From assembly GCA_965249485.1 (NCBI GenBank), contig OZ252239.1, positions 2,752,001 to 2,816,000 of the forward strand: a DNA stretch of 64,000 bases. The letters are read 5' to 3'. The stretch is from a bacterium. GTDB lineage: Bacteria > SM23-31. Under the pieces are notes generated by a model. The model worked only from the letters and a program-made list of their open reading frames with translations, was not told where the DNA came from and did not search any database. This document shows positions 31,659-42,441 of the stretch, piece by piece. A program made the position numbers and the translations under genes. The stretch's first letter is position 1, and every line of letters starts with the position of its first letter.

Positions 31659-33128
31659 TTATTGATCAAGGCGAAGATTAATGAGTTGATGACCTTCTTC
31701 ATTTCGAATGTAGAGGACAATTGAAGACTGATTTCTGTACTGCTCTACTGCTTCTGTAAAATCGGACATTCCATGTATTTCTGTTTTTTCAATTTTATAA
31801 ATAATGTCACCAAGCTTTATGTTATTACTAAAAGCCACACTATTTCTCAATACCCGTGTTACAATAACTCCATTCGGTTCATCACTGATACGCTCTTGAG
31901 TATGTGGTGAATCACTCACTCCTAACCCAATTTCCGGAAAGCTGAGCTGACCTGAAACAAGCACTGGTGCTGGAGCCGAAGGCATATCACCAAGTGTAAC
32001 AACCACATTATTAACTTTACCATCCCTAATGTAAGTAAGCTTAATCTTGTCACCCGGTTTTTTACTTGCTACGATAGTTTGTAGTTGGCCGCTTCTTCCA
32101 ATAGGATTGTCATTAACGGCAATAATAACATCATCCTTTTGTAAACCAGCACGTTTTCCCGGTGAATCTTCGCCCAGGGTGAAATCTCTTATGACCACAC
32201 CATATGGATTATCGAGTTGATATTTTTTCATCTCTTTTTGGTCTTGAATCTCTTGAAATGATATCCCGATAATCCCCCGTTTCACTGTCCCAAAAATACG
32301 AAGGTCATTTGTGATGTTTTTTGCCAGATTAATTGGTATAGCAAATCCATACCCTTGATATGATCCTGTATTTGATAGAATCGCGGTATTAATACCGATT
32401 ACTTCTCCATCAAGGTTTATGAGTGGACCACCGCTGTTACCTGGATTGATTGCGGCATCAGTCTGAATAAAATCCTCAATCTTATAATTATTTGAATTAT
32501 TCGGATCCTGTCTATTTATTATTCCGAGATTTCTCCCGATGGCACTGACAATTCCTGCAGTGACTGTAGAATTGAGCATTTCTCCGAATGGAGTACCTAT
32601 AGCCATTACCCACTCACCAATTTGCACTTGTTCAGAATTTCCGAGCCTTGCATATGGAAGGTTTTCTCCTTCAATTTTTATGAGAGCAACATCAGTTAAC
32701 GGATCGGCTCCGACAATTTCCGCATTAAATCTCCTTTTATCAAGGAGTCTCACTTCCAATTTCGATGCATCTTTAATGACATGGTTGTTTGTCAAGATAT
32801 AACCTGCCTTATCAATGAGTACGCCTGATCCGAGACCCTGCTGGCTGAACTCTTCATCTTGAGGAAAAAACCGACGAAAAAAGTCATCAAACTCACCACT
32901 CCCTCTCCCCTCATGCATTTGAGAAAGTGAAATATTTTTTGTAGCAGTGATACTTACAACTGCAGGAGTAACTTCTTTTGCAACTTCAACAAACGCATTG
33001 CTGAATGCTTTTAATTGCCTGACATCACTCTGATAAGAATATGCAGAATCTATGGATACAACATTCAACAATAATAACAATTGCGCAGTTACAAACAATT
33101 TTTTATATATTTGAAGCCTATCCACCAT
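31659..33128 (-). CDS. DegP/HtrA (Do) serine protease with two PDZ domains
   Basis: GSGV, TNNHV, DVAL, IQTDAAINPGNSGGPL. Confidence 0.93.
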   Translation of the reverse strand: MVDRLQIYKKLFVTAQLLLLLNVVSIDSAYSYQSDVRQLKAFSNAFVEVAKEVTPAVVSITATKNISLSQMHEGRGSGEFDDFFRRFFPQDEEFSQQGLGSGVLIDKAGYILTNNHVIKDASKLEVRLLDKRRFNAEIVGADPLTDVALIKIEGENLPYARLGNSEQVQIGEWVMAIGTPFGEMLNSTVTAGIVSAIGRNLGIINRQDPNNSNNYKIEDFIQTDAAINPGNSGGPLINLDGEVIGINTAILSNTGSYQGYGFAIPINLAKNITNDLRIFGTVKRGIIGISFQEIQDQKEMKKYQLDNPYGVVIRDFTLGEDSPGKRAGLQKDDVIIAVNDNPIGRSGQLQTIVASKKPGDKIKLTYIRDGKVNNVVVTLGDMPSAPAPVLVSGQLSFPEIGLGVSDSPHTQERISDEPNGVIVTRVLRNSVAFSNNIKLGDIIYKIEKTEIHGMSDFTEAVEQYRNQSSIVLYIRNEEGHQLINLRLDQ

Positions 33129-33186
33129 ACTAAAATACCTCCCTCAATAATTATTTCTCCAAAAATAATTGAATTTTACGGTTCAT

Positions 33187-33573
33187 TTATTTTTCATTAC
33201 TTGCAGTTTCATTATCGGTGTCTTTGCTTTGAGCATCATCGGAAGGCTGATCATCAGTCTCTTCCGAGGTTAATTCGGTTGCTTCCGGTGTTTCCTCAGG
33301 TTCAGGTTTATTCTTCTCTGCAATAAAATTCAGCCGCAAATCGGTCAAGGTTTGTTGCAACATCCTTTCTTCTTCGTCAGAGAGATTCCCTTTTGTTTTT
33401 TCTGCCAGCATTCCAAGCATATCGATAGCAATCTGTGCTTCATACAGATTACGTTCGATTTTTTGTGCAACCGGATTCATCATTTTCCCCATACCGATCA
33501 TAGCGGTTACTTGAAAATTCAATATAAGAGACCTGAGCAGGTCGTCTGTGCTTAATCCGGATTCATTTGTCAT
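33187..33573 (-). CDS. DUF1844-family protein with an acidic tail
   Basis: AMIGMGK..NP...IDMLGML.EKTKGNLSDEE...L.DLRLNF. Confidence 0.8.
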   Translation of the reverse strand: MTNESGLSTDDLLRSLILNFQVTAMIGMGKMMNPVAQKIERNLYEAQIAIDMLGMLAEKTKGNLSDEEERMLQQTLTDLRLNFIAEKNKPEPEETPEATELTSEETDDQPSDDAQSKDTDNETASNEK

Positions 33574-33595
33574 AGCAGTTCTCCTCATTCATTTG

Positions 33596-34285
33596 TCAAC
33601 GATCCATATATCCTCTGATGAGTATCAATCTCAATAGCTGCAATACTGCAACCGCTGCCGCGGCTACATACGTAAGTGCAGCTGCGTTCAATACCATTCG
33701 AGCGCCTTCTGTTTCATCTTTGTCGAGAATGGCGAATCCTTCTATCGATACAAGCGCCCGAGAACTTGCATTAAACTCAACCGGAAGAGTAACGAGAGTA
33801 AAAAACACTACGGCACCAAATAGATATATTCCGAAATCGATGAGCATTGGATGTGAAAACAGCATACCGATTATCACCAGCGGCATAGCCAGCCATGAAC
33901 CGAACCTGCTAACCGGAACAAGTGCAGTCCTTATTTTCAAGGGCGCATACTCCTGAGCATGCTGTATTGCATGGCCTACTTCGTGTGCAGAAACACCGAC
34001 AGCGGCAATTGATTTACCTTCGTAATTTTCAGGTGATAGCCGAAGCGTCTTGGTTCTCGGATCATAATGATCACTTAACATTCTGTCTGTCTGTTCAATT
34101 TCCACATCGTTAATACCATTACTTTGTAGAATTAAACGAGCAACCTCTTTACCTGTAATGCCCCTGTGCGAAGGAACCTGTTTAAATTTGTTGTATGTTG
34201 AACGCACTTTTGAGCTAGCATACAGGCTAAAGAGTATTCCAGGTATCAGGAAAATCATTGTCGGATCGAAAAAGAAAAAAGGCAT
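33596..34285 (-). CDS. Membrane zinc metallopeptidase (YugP / Zn_peptidase_2)
   Basis: LSDHYDP, AHEVGHAIQH, TLPVEFNASSRA, AAALTYVA. Confidence 0.9.
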   Translation of the reverse strand: MPFFFFDPTMIFLIPGILFSLYASSKVRSTYNKFKQVPSHRGITGKEVARLILQSNGINDVEIEQTDRMLSDHYDPRTKTLRLSPENYEGKSIAAVGVSAHEVGHAIQHAQEYAPLKIRTALVPVSRFGSWLAMPLVIIGMLFSHPMLIDFGIYLFGAVVFFTLVTLPVEFNASSRALVSIEGFAILDKDETEGARMVLNAAALTYVAAAAVAVLQLLRLILIRGYMDR

Positions 34286-34445
34286 TATTACTTCCTCCGT
34301 ATATTATTACTACAATAACGAACAGGATTTTGTTCAATATATTAGTTGTCAGTAAAATCTACTAAGGTCGGACAATAAAAGTTCCGTTCAATTAAACGAA
34401 ATCAGCTGTTTATATCACTGATTAAGCATTAAATTGCCAATACAT

Positions 34446-34649
34446 TCAAACGGACAAATCTACAACAACGCCTTTTGGAGTAATTTCCGCTTTAAATTCT
34501 CTTCGGACACTTCCACCGGCTTTCAGTTTACCTGGTATGACAGCACGCATAGAAATAGTGCCTCGTATAGCTCCGAGCTTTTGCAGCCTGACCGATGAAA
34601 GGTCTATTCTTGGAACCGGTCTCGATCTTATATTTATATTTCCGGGCAT
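34446..34649 (-). CDS. Small basic hypothetical protein ending KGVVVDLSV
   Basis: 67-aa ORF in otherwise AT-rich intergenic DNA; C-terminal GxxVDxxV motif. Confidence 0.4.
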   Translation of the reverse strand: MPGNINIRSRPVPRIDLSSVRLQKLGAIRGTISMRAVIPGKLKAGGSVRREFKAEITPKGVVVDLSV

Positions 34650-34919
34650 ACGAAACAATTATTGAATAATAATGTTTAATATACTGAATTATTCTTCATT
34701 ATAACAGCATATATCATGAAAGAATCTAAATGGTATCTTGAAAGTATCCGTTTTACTTATTTAATCGGTTGATAATTTGAAATATTTTCCATTAATTCTC
34801 TATGATTGCATTTTTTATTCATTTAAAAGGTTTTACTCCCATAGCAGTGCAAGATTTAAGCAGGATTTTTACGAAAAAAATAAATATTGGATTTAAGAAA
34901 AAAGAGTAATGACGAGCGT

Positions 34920-37085
34920 ATGCAAAAAAACGTAATAAAAAGATTGAGTTCCACTCACAAGTATGTTATCAGTTTCATAGCAATTTTACTACTTGTCATT
35001 GGTTCGGGATTGTATTTCCGGTATCTATCTAGCGGCCTTCCTTCACTTAAGGATTTACAAACATTTGAACCTTACTTAACGTCACAGATTATATCAGCTG
35101 ACGGAGTCGTAATTACAGAGCTGGCTAAGCAAAAGCGTGTATTAATACCCTTGAGCAGAATTCCACATAATATGATTAACGCTACAATCGCTACCGAAGA
35201 TCACCGATTTTTCCAGCATTGGGGTGTTGACTCTTACCGCTTTTTTGGTGCCGTAATTCAGGTTGTGAAATCACTCAGATATGCAGAGGGATTTAGTACA
35301 ATTACAATGCAAATTGCACGCGGTCTGCACCTTAGTCCCCGTAAAGAAATAGCAAGAAAGCTGAGAGAGATTATTACCGCGGTTCAGATCGAAAAACGGT
35401 ATTCGAAAAATGAAATTCTTGAGATGTATCTCAATAACAGTTATTTTGGTCATGGCGCATACGGTGTAGATCAGGCAGCTGATATTTTTTTTGATACTCT
35501 GATTGAAAATCTGACTCTTGTACAAAGTGCTCAACTCATAGCTCAGATTAATGCTCCAACTCGCTATTCTCCAATACTTCATCCAGAACGATCTCGTGAT
35601 CGGCGGAATCTTGTCCTCTATAATATGCTCCGGCATGGTTATATAGACCGCACTCAATACGAAAACGGTCGTCAAGAACCGTTGCTGACTGTTGCAAAGT
35701 TACGGGCCATAGAGCCTGCATCGTATGGTATCGCGCCGTATTTTTCTGAGCTTGTCCGCCAAAATCTCGAAGAAATGCAGGAAACATATAACTTCGATAT
35801 TTACAGAGATGGCTTGAAAGTTTACACAACGATAGATACTCGGACACAGGCAATTGCAGAAAAAGCGGTTGCCGAACAATTGGAACGCCAGCAGCGAATC
35901 GCCGATAGCAGAATGCGCAGTCCTAAAGCTCGGACAGAGCTCTTGGAAAAACTGAGCTTTTCGAACGATATCGATCTTGTGAAAATTCCCGAGCTTATCC
36001 GGGATGAAGCATATATGGATTCCGTATCTCGTAAAGAAAATATTATTCAGGCAGCCTTTGTAGCAATGGATCTCGAAAACGGTCATGTTATCGCTATGGT
36101 TGGCGGGCGTAATTTTGCCGAATCAAAATTCAACCGTGCGACCCAGGCGCTCCGGCAGCCTGGTTCTGTATTTAAACCGATAGTCTATGCCGTTGCTATT
36201 GATAATGGATATCCCGTTACACATCAACTTCTTAACCAGCCGGTAACGGTCATGCTGGAAGATGGAACACGCTGGACTCCTACAAATTACGATAACTCAA
36301 TTGGTGGACTTACAACATTACGTGAAGGCATTATTAGATCATTGAACCTCATTACTGTACGATTAATCCAGCAAATCATTCCGCCGCGTGAGGTAGTATT
36401 GGTGGCAAAAAAAATGGGGCTTACCTCGTACATAGCAGAGGTTGATGCTATTGCGCTCGGCGTATCTGAAGTTTACCCTATAGAAATCGTTTCCGCATAC
36501 AGTGCTTTTCCTAATAAGGGTATCAAAGTCGATCCTGTATTCATTAAACGCATTGAGGATAGATTCGGTAGTGAAATATATTCAATCACTCAACCTGTCA
36601 AACAGGAGGTTCTCAGTGAAGAAACTGCATATATTGTTACCGATCTCATGAGAAGTGTTGTGCGGAGCGGTACCGGAAGAAATTCGCATATAGTTTATGG
36701 ATTTAATCATCCTGCCGGGGGAAAAACAGGCACGACTAATGACCATACAGATGCGTGGTTTGTCGGATACAGCAAACAGATAATTGCAGGTACTTGGGTG
36801 GGGCTCGACAATCCGGCATTTACGCTCGGAAACAGTCAGTCGGGCGCAGTTGCAGCACTACCGATCTGGTCAAAGTTTATGGCAGCGGCTCACGATACAC
36901 TTAATTTACCTGTTGTTGATTTTGAGATGCCTGCTGGGGTAACACGTTTAACGATTTGTGATGAAACAAAAGATCTTGCAAGCAGGTACTGTCCAGTTAA
37001 AGTTCAGGAAATATTCAACACTCGACACCAGCCAACAACAGAATGTAAAACGCACAGCTATGTGCAAAAGAAAAGAGGAGTGTAG
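34920..37085 (+). CDS. Penicillin-binding protein 1A (class A PBP)
   Basis: EDHRF, STITMQ, RKLRE transglycosylase motifs; SVFK, SLN, KTG transpeptidase motifs. Confidence 0.93.
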   Translation: MQKNVIKRLSSTHKYVISFIAILLLVIGSGLYFRYLSSGLPSLKDLQTFEPYLTSQIISADGVVITELAKQKRVLIPLSRIPHNMINATIATEDHRFFQHWGVDSYRFFGAVIQVVKSLRYAEGFSTITMQIARGLHLSPRKEIARKLREIITAVQIEKRYSKNEILEMYLNNSYFGHGAYGVDQAADIFFDTLIENLTLVQSAQLIAQINAPTRYSPILHPERSRDRRNLVLYNMLRHGYIDRTQYENGRQEPLLTVAKLRAIEPASYGIAPYFSELVRQNLEEMQETYNFDIYRDGLKVYTTIDTRTQAIAEKAVAEQLERQQRIADSRMRSPKARTELLEKLSFSNDIDLVKIPELIRDEAYMDSVSRKENIIQAAFVAMDLENGHVIAMVGGRNFAESKFNRATQALRQPGSVFKPIVYAVAIDNGYPVTHQLLNQPVTVMLEDGTRWTPTNYDNSIGGLTTLREGIIRSLNLITVRLIQQIIPPREVVLVAKKMGLTSYIAEVDAIALGVSEVYPIEIVSAYSAFPNKGIKVDPVFIKRIEDRFGSEIYSITQPVKQEVLSEETAYIVTDLMRSVVRSGTGRNSHIVYGFNHPAGGKTGTTNDHTDAWFVGYSKQIIAGTWVGLDNPAFTLGNSQSGAVAALPIWSKFMAAAHDTLNLPVVDFEMPAGVTRLTICDETKDLASRYCPVKVQEIFNTRHQPTTECKTHSYVQKKRGV

Positions 37086-37121
37086 TATACAATTTTCCAC
37101 CATGGAATCGAACCATTCAGA

Positions 37122-38474
37122 TTAAATCCCACTTGTGATTTTTTTCAGATACCTTAATGCTGTTTCATCTGCTTTTTCTTTTGTCTGTGCTTCTGCGATA
37201 ACGCGAATTATTGGCTCAGTGTTCGATTTTCGTATATGCACCCAGTGTGACGGAAAAATAAGTTTCAGACCATCGGTAATATCTACCTCAGCACCTCCCG
37301 GGTTTTCTCGAATTTCCTCAATTGCATTCTCAACAGTCTTGCTATCAATTTCCGATTTCAATTTTGTCATATAATATCGGGGAAAATCTGCTTTGACTGC
37401 ACTCATCGGTTTCCCTCTCTCTGCGTAGAGTTGCAATATAAGAGAAGCACCAATTAACGCATCACGACCATAGTGGATATCCGGGAATATAACTCCCCCA
37501 TTTCCTTCTCCACCAACTATACATCCCGATTCTATCATCTTTTTAACAACATGTGCTTCTCCAACAGCTGAACGATGGATTGTAACAGCAAAGCGGTCGG
37601 CAACGTCATCAAGAGCTGAGGTAGTCGAAACGTTTGCAGCAATTGAGCCAATTTGATGCTCAAGAACCGATGTGGCAGCAAGAACAATGGTGTATTCTTC
37701 TCCGAGCGGAATACCAGATTCATCGACAACTGCAAGACGGTCTCCATCGGGATCCAAGGCAAATCCAATGTCTGCTCCAACGTTTAAAACAGTCGAGCAC
37801 AGTTCTGTAATGTTTTCAGGCAGCGGCTCCGTGCCGCGGGGAAAATGCCCATCTGGCTCACAATGCAGCTTTATCACATCGCAGCCCAGTTCTTCAAGTA
37901 ATAACGGGAATATAGAGCTTGCAGCACCATTGACACAATCGACAACAACTTTAAACCGCTTTTTTCTAATTATTTCCGGCATTATAAATTCACTGCAGAG
38001 GATTGCCTTAATATGGTCATAGTCATGCGATGTCTGGTCGTTACAGGTACCCAGACCTAAGTGGTCAGTATAAGCGAAAGAGTTTGAGTCGATTATATGT
38101 TGTAATAGCATGCCTTTATCGGTATCGATAAACATTCCCTTATTATCTACAAATTTAAGTGCATTCCATTCTGCGGGATTGTGGCTTGCAGTAATAACAA
38201 TACCGCCATCTGCACTAAAATGCGGAATTGCCATCTGTACAGTAGGTGTTGTGCTTATGCCGAGCGGAATAACCGTACAGCCCACAGCCATTAGGGCAGC
38301 TCTTACTGCTTGTTCTACCATCGGCCCTGAAATTCTTGTATCCCGGCCTACTACAACTGTTCCGCCATTGCACATTGTACCGAATGCGGATGTGTATCGG
38401 GCGATCACGTCCGGCGTCAGACTCTCACCTACTATACCCCGAACACCTGATACGGATACCATAAGTGGTTTCAT
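37122..38474 (-). CDS. glmM: Phosphoglucosamine mutase / phosphohexomutase
   Basis: SVSGVRG, TASHNP, DPDGDR, GEGNGG, RKSNTEP. Confidence 0.85.
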   Translation of the reverse strand: MKPLMVSVSGVRGIVGESLTPDVIARYTSAFGTMCNGGTVVVGRDTRISGPMVEQAVRAALMAVGCTVIPLGISTTPTVQMAIPHFSADGGIVITASHNPAEWNALKFVDNKGMFIDTDKGMLLQHIIDSNSFAYTDHLGLGTCNDQTSHDYDHIKAILCSEFIMPEIIRKKRFKVVVDCVNGAASSIFPLLLEELGCDVIKLHCEPDGHFPRGTEPLPENITELCSTVLNVGADIGFALDPDGDRLAVVDESGIPLGEEYTIVLAATSVLEHQIGSIAANVSTTSALDDVADRFAVTIHRSAVGEAHVVKKMIESGCIVGGEGNGGVIFPDIHYGRDALIGASLILQLYAERGKPMSAVKADFPRYYMTKLKSEIDSKTVENAIEEIRENPGGAEVDITDGLKLIFPSHWVHIRKSNTEPIIRVIAEAQTKEKADETALRYLKKITSGI

Positions 38475-38481
38475 AGAAATA

Positions 38482-38688
38482 TCACGATTTACTATTTTTG
38501 CGGAAGATGTTACTAAAAAAGGAGACAACACTGGAATGCTCAACAAATTCATATCCGCAATTTGGGCACTTTACGGCGTGGCAATGAGAAGCGACCGGGC
38601 AGCCCGAATGGCAGTTTTCCTCAACGGTATTAAAATTGTGCTGGCACAATGGGCACGTTACATCTTGAGATTTATCTGTTTGATTCAT
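38482..38688 (-). CDS. Small Cys-rich metal-binding protein
   Basis: CPLC...CHSGCP...C...CPNCGYEF (7 Cys); ends 7 nt before the glmM start. Confidence 0.7.
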   Translation of the reverse strand: MNQTDKSQDVTCPLCQHNFNTVEENCHSGCPVASHCHAVKCPNCGYEFVEHSSVVSFFSNIFRKNSKS

Positions 38689-38899
38689 ACGAACATTCAA
38701 CAATACATACTATTCTTTCGTTCCTACGTGACATTGATTTTATTATTATAACGTACGAGTTTTTTAAAACATTTTCAAGTAAATAAATACTTGACAATTC
38801 ACCACATTACTTAATTAGTATATGTATTTTAATTTCGTGAAAATGACCACTTCAATATTGATTATTCCAAATCCGATTTGAATACAATGTTCAACCTCA

Positions 38900-39140
38900 G
38901 TAGTAGTGAGCCCAATATTCTTATTTATGAACATTTTTCTGGTCAATTTAGACTGTAAAGATATCATTACCCATTAGAAAAAACATTCCAATATAAAAAA
39001 GACAAAAGTCATCTGTATATTCGATAGTATCGATTTATCAGTGGCTTACACCACCAGAGAATCCGGCATTCATGATTTCCTCCAAGATCCATTCCAATAT
39101 GAGAATTTAGATAGTACAATCAATGATGCTATGCAGATTT
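38900..39140 (+). pseudogene. Degraded response-regulator receiver domain remnant
   Basis: EPNIL/FMNIFLVNLDCKDII..*KK.SNIKKTKVICI...SGIHDFLQDPFQYENL follows the REC beta3-alpha5 pattern; TAG at 38975 and a frameshift. Confidence 0.45.
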
Positions 39141-39454
39141 CATTAATATTCCTTTCGTACTTCAATGTAAATAATCTATCAATAATTACTTTTGACCAGT
39201 AGTTTTTAACATTGGTATTATACATTTTCATACGACACTTTTTATCTGCTGATAAAATTAGATTTTAAGTGAAGTGCTCACCAAAATTCCACCCTAAATC
39301 ACATCTTACGTTCTGCCATTTCTTCTCTCTTACAAACCTTGCTGTTTTTTTTGCAACGCCTACATTATTTCCAAAATCAGCTTGACATTATGGGTCTAAT
39401 TCCCTACTAATATGGCACCATTTACCCATGAATACGACAAATGATGGGGACTAT

Positions 39455-40213
39455 ATGCGAAAACGAGTCGGTATTATTGGATACGGTACGATCGGATCAT
39501 ATCTTGTAAAGAGAATCAAAGAAGATAATGATATTGAGATTGTCTTTGTTTACGAAAAAGATGAATTCAAATCAGCGCAACTCAGCAATTTAAAATTGGA
39601 TGATTTCAGTAGATTTACTAACTATAGGCCCGATATTGTAGTCGAATGTGCATTAAATAGTGTCGTCTGGGAATTTGCTCCTACCGTACTGCAGTATTGC
39701 GACATGATGATTATGTCGAATACCGCTTTAGCAGACGATTCCTTCAGGAATTCTATTGTATCTCTTTGCAGGAATCACAAAACGAAACTATTTGCGGTCC
39801 ATGGCGGAATTCTTGGACTTGATGGCATTTATGACGGCAGAAACATAATTAAAAGAGTGACAATCAGTAGTGATAAACATCCGAACAACTTTGATAGAGA
39901 CGATACTGAAAAAACTGTGATTTTCGAAGGCCCGACCAAAGAAATATGTTCCCTTTATCCGAGGAACGTCAATACACATGCCGCAGTGGCAATGGCGAGT
40001 ATTGGATTCGAAAACACGATTTCGAAAATGATTGCAAATCCCAATACCGATGTTAATTCACATAGTATTGAAGTTGATGCCGAGGGGATTGCTTTTCGGA
40101 TTGAAATCAAAAGTCCGCGCGCCAGTAAAATTACTGGTGTCTATACACTTGAGTCCGCCTACCAGTCTCTCCGGAGACTATGTGTCGACAATTACGGGAT
40201 AAACATTGTCTGA
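39455..40213 (+). CDS. nadX: L-aspartate dehydrogenase family (NadX / DUF108)
   Basis: IGYGTIG, VVECA, GGILGLD, IFEG...YPRNVN, N.H.I; GGGGA RBS. Confidence 0.8.
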   Translation: MRKRVGIIGYGTIGSYLVKRIKEDNDIEIVFVYEKDEFKSAQLSNLKLDDFSRFTNYRPDIVVECALNSVVWEFAPTVLQYCDMMIMSNTALADDSFRNSIVSLCRNHKTKLFAVHGGILGLDGIYDGRNIIKRVTISSDKHPNNFDRDDTEKTVIFEGPTKEICSLYPRNVNTHAAVAMASIGFENTISKMIANPNTDVNSHSIEVDAEGIAFRIEIKSPRASKITGVYTLESAYQSLRRLCVDNYGINIV

Positions 40214-40298
40214 TCCATTTCGATTCTATCTGGATTTTCGCTCTTAATGTTTTACTTTAAACAAAATATTGTTTATTATTATCAATTAATATCTTTGA

Positions 40299-41447
40299 AT
40301 GATTGATCACGCCATGTCGGAACAACGTGAAAATGTAACAATTACAGGTGTCAAGACCTATCCTATTGCGGTTCCAATTCATGATTTTGCTGATGCGCAT
40401 GAAAGTATTTCTACGTCGAATTCGGTTGTAGTAGTAATATCGACTGACAGCGGTCATACCGGTTTTGGTGAATCATGCGCATGGGAACCGACATTTTACG
40501 GGGAAACACTTGAGACAGTCGAACTGATAATAAAAAACTACTTCACACCTATCCTAATTGGACACAATCCCTGCCATCTCCATCCCCTTCTTTCAAAAAT
40601 TGATCGTACCGTTGCAAAATGTCCCGGTGCTAAAGAGGGTGTCGATCTTGCTTTGCATGACCTTGTGGGGAAAATACTCGAAGTTCCGGTCTGCACCTTA
40701 CTTGGTGGACGATATAGGGACAAAATCCACATTGCAAGCGAGCTCGGCATTGATACTGAAGAAGCTATGATACGCAATGCAAAGACATTCATCAAAAAGG
40801 GCATAAATGTTTTAAAGCTAAAGGGATCACACGACATTCGCGGTGATATCGACAAAGTTCAAGCAGTGAGAGATGCACTTGGAAATGCGGTTATACTAAG
40901 ACTTGATCCAAACTGTTCCTGGGGAGTCAATGAAACCATTGAAGCAATGAAGATGCTTGACTACTGCAATCTTGAGTTCCTCGAGCAGCCGATAAATCCA
41001 CAAAATATTGACGGACTTGCTAAGATTCGGAAAAATATAAACATACCTCTGATGGCAGATGAAAGCATCTGGCTGCCCGGAGATGTTGTTGCTTTAGCTC
41101 AGAAAGATGCTGTAGATATTGTCAATATAAAGCTTGCAAAAACAGGTGGTTTGTTTTCTGCAAAATCAGTTGAGGCAATTGCGGAAGCATACGGGCTGTC
41201 TTGGGGGATTGGAAATGAGATAGTTCCGGGTTTTACTGTGGGTGCGAAACTCCATTTGACTGCTTCGATGAAACACCTACCCTATGCATGTGAATTTACA
41301 GAGCTTTCCATATATAGGGAGAGCATTATCAAACCGAAAGTGAAAGTTGAGGACGGTTATATTCGTGTACCAGATTCACCAGGGCTTGGATTTAATCTCG
41401 ATGAAGAGGCACTTCGCAAATATTCGGTGAAACAGAAAATATGCTGA
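40299..41447 (+). CDS. Enolase-superfamily enzyme, muconate-lactonizing / dipeptide epimerase subgroup
   Basis: GFGE, LKLKG (KxK), LDPN, EQP, ADES, NIKLAKTGG, PGLG. Confidence 0.85.
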   Translation: MIDHAMSEQRENVTITGVKTYPIAVPIHDFADAHESISTSNSVVVVISTDSGHTGFGESCAWEPTFYGETLETVELIIKNYFTPILIGHNPCHLHPLLSKIDRTVAKCPGAKEGVDLALHDLVGKILEVPVCTLLGGRYRDKIHIASELGIDTEEAMIRNAKTFIKKGINVLKLKGSHDIRGDIDKVQAVRDALGNAVILRLDPNCSWGVNETIEAMKMLDYCNLEFLEQPINPQNIDGLAKIRKNINIPLMADESIWLPGDVVALAQKDAVDIVNIKLAKTGGLFSAKSVEAIAEAYGLSWGIGNEIVPGFTVGAKLHLTASMKHLPYACEFTELSIYRESIIKPKVKVEDGYIRVPDSPGLGFNLDEEALRKYSVKQKIC

Positions 41448-41535
41448 AAAGAACATTTTTCTCGGAATTAAGTCTTGCTTATTGAACCATATTTTGTAAA
41501 ATTGAATCCTTGAACCAGTGAAGGAGAAGATAGAA

Positions 41536-42414
41536 ATGGTATTCAATGGTGCCGGTGTTGCCATAGTTACTCCGTTCAATCCCGATTATTCTATAAATTA
41601 CCCCCTCTTTGACCAACTGCTTGACTTTCAGTTTGATAACGGAATCGATGCAATTATTGTATGCGGCACAACCGGTGAGTCAGCTACACTAACTTATAAA
41701 GAACACGAAGAGCTAATCGAACACACTATCCGCTTTGTTGCAGGACGGGTACCTGTTGTTGCGGGAACGGGCAGTAATGAAACACGCCGTGCTTTGGAGC
41801 TGACAAAACGTGCCGAGGAACTAGGTGCAGATGCTGCCCTTATTGTCACTCCCTATTATAATAAAACCTCGCAACGGGGATTATATGAGCATTTTAAGCA
41901 GATTAATGATGCTTGCTCTCTCCCAATTATTATGTACAATGTCCCCTCCCGGACAGGTTTGAATATGAGTGCGGATACAACTATTGCCCTTTCGAAACTA
42001 AAAAACATCGTTGCCACCAAAGAAGCGAGCAGTGATATTGTTCAAATTGCCCATATTGCTCGGGATGCTGATCCTCATTTTTCGATTTACTCTGGGAACG
42101 ATAACGAAACAGTTCCGATATTATCAGTTGGAGGTGTTGGAGTAATTTCAGTGTCCGCAAACATCATTCCTACCGAAATGTCTAAAATAGTTCGTCTTTA
42201 TCTTGAAAAAAAACATGATGAAAGTAGAGAGTTATTTTTGAAATATCTTCCGTTATTTCATGATCTATTTATTGATGTTAACCCTATTCCGGTGAAACAT
42301 GCGATGGAGCTTTTCGGGTTTTCTGTCGGTTCATGCAGATTACCCCTCATCTCCATGGAAGAATCTCAAATTGACAGGTTGAAAATCTCAATGACCGAAG
42401 CTGGGCTTTTATAA
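41536..42414 (+). CDS. dapA: 4-hydroxy-tetrahydrodipicolinate synthase
   Basis: GTTGE, GTGSN, PYYNK, YNVPSRTG, KEAS, NPIPVK; AAGGAG RBS. Confidence 0.95.
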   Translation: MVFNGAGVAIVTPFNPDYSINYPLFDQLLDFQFDNGIDAIIVCGTTGESATLTYKEHEELIEHTIRFVAGRVPVVAGTGSNETRRALELTKRAEELGADAALIVTPYYNKTSQRGLYEHFKQINDACSLPIIMYNVPSRTGLNMSADTTIALSKLKNIVATKEASSDIVQIAHIARDADPHFSIYSGNDNETVPILSVGGVGVISVSANIIPTEMSKIVRLYLEKKHDESRELFLKYLPLFHDLFIDVNPIPVKHAMELFGFSVGSCRLPLISMEESQIDRLKISMTEAGLL

Positions 42415-42441
42415 CACACAATATCCATTGGAAAGTAACAT

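Noticed and set aside
39200..39454. Possible lysine riboswitch ahead of the dap genes
   Set aside because: No L-box consensus elements here or in the short gap before dapA
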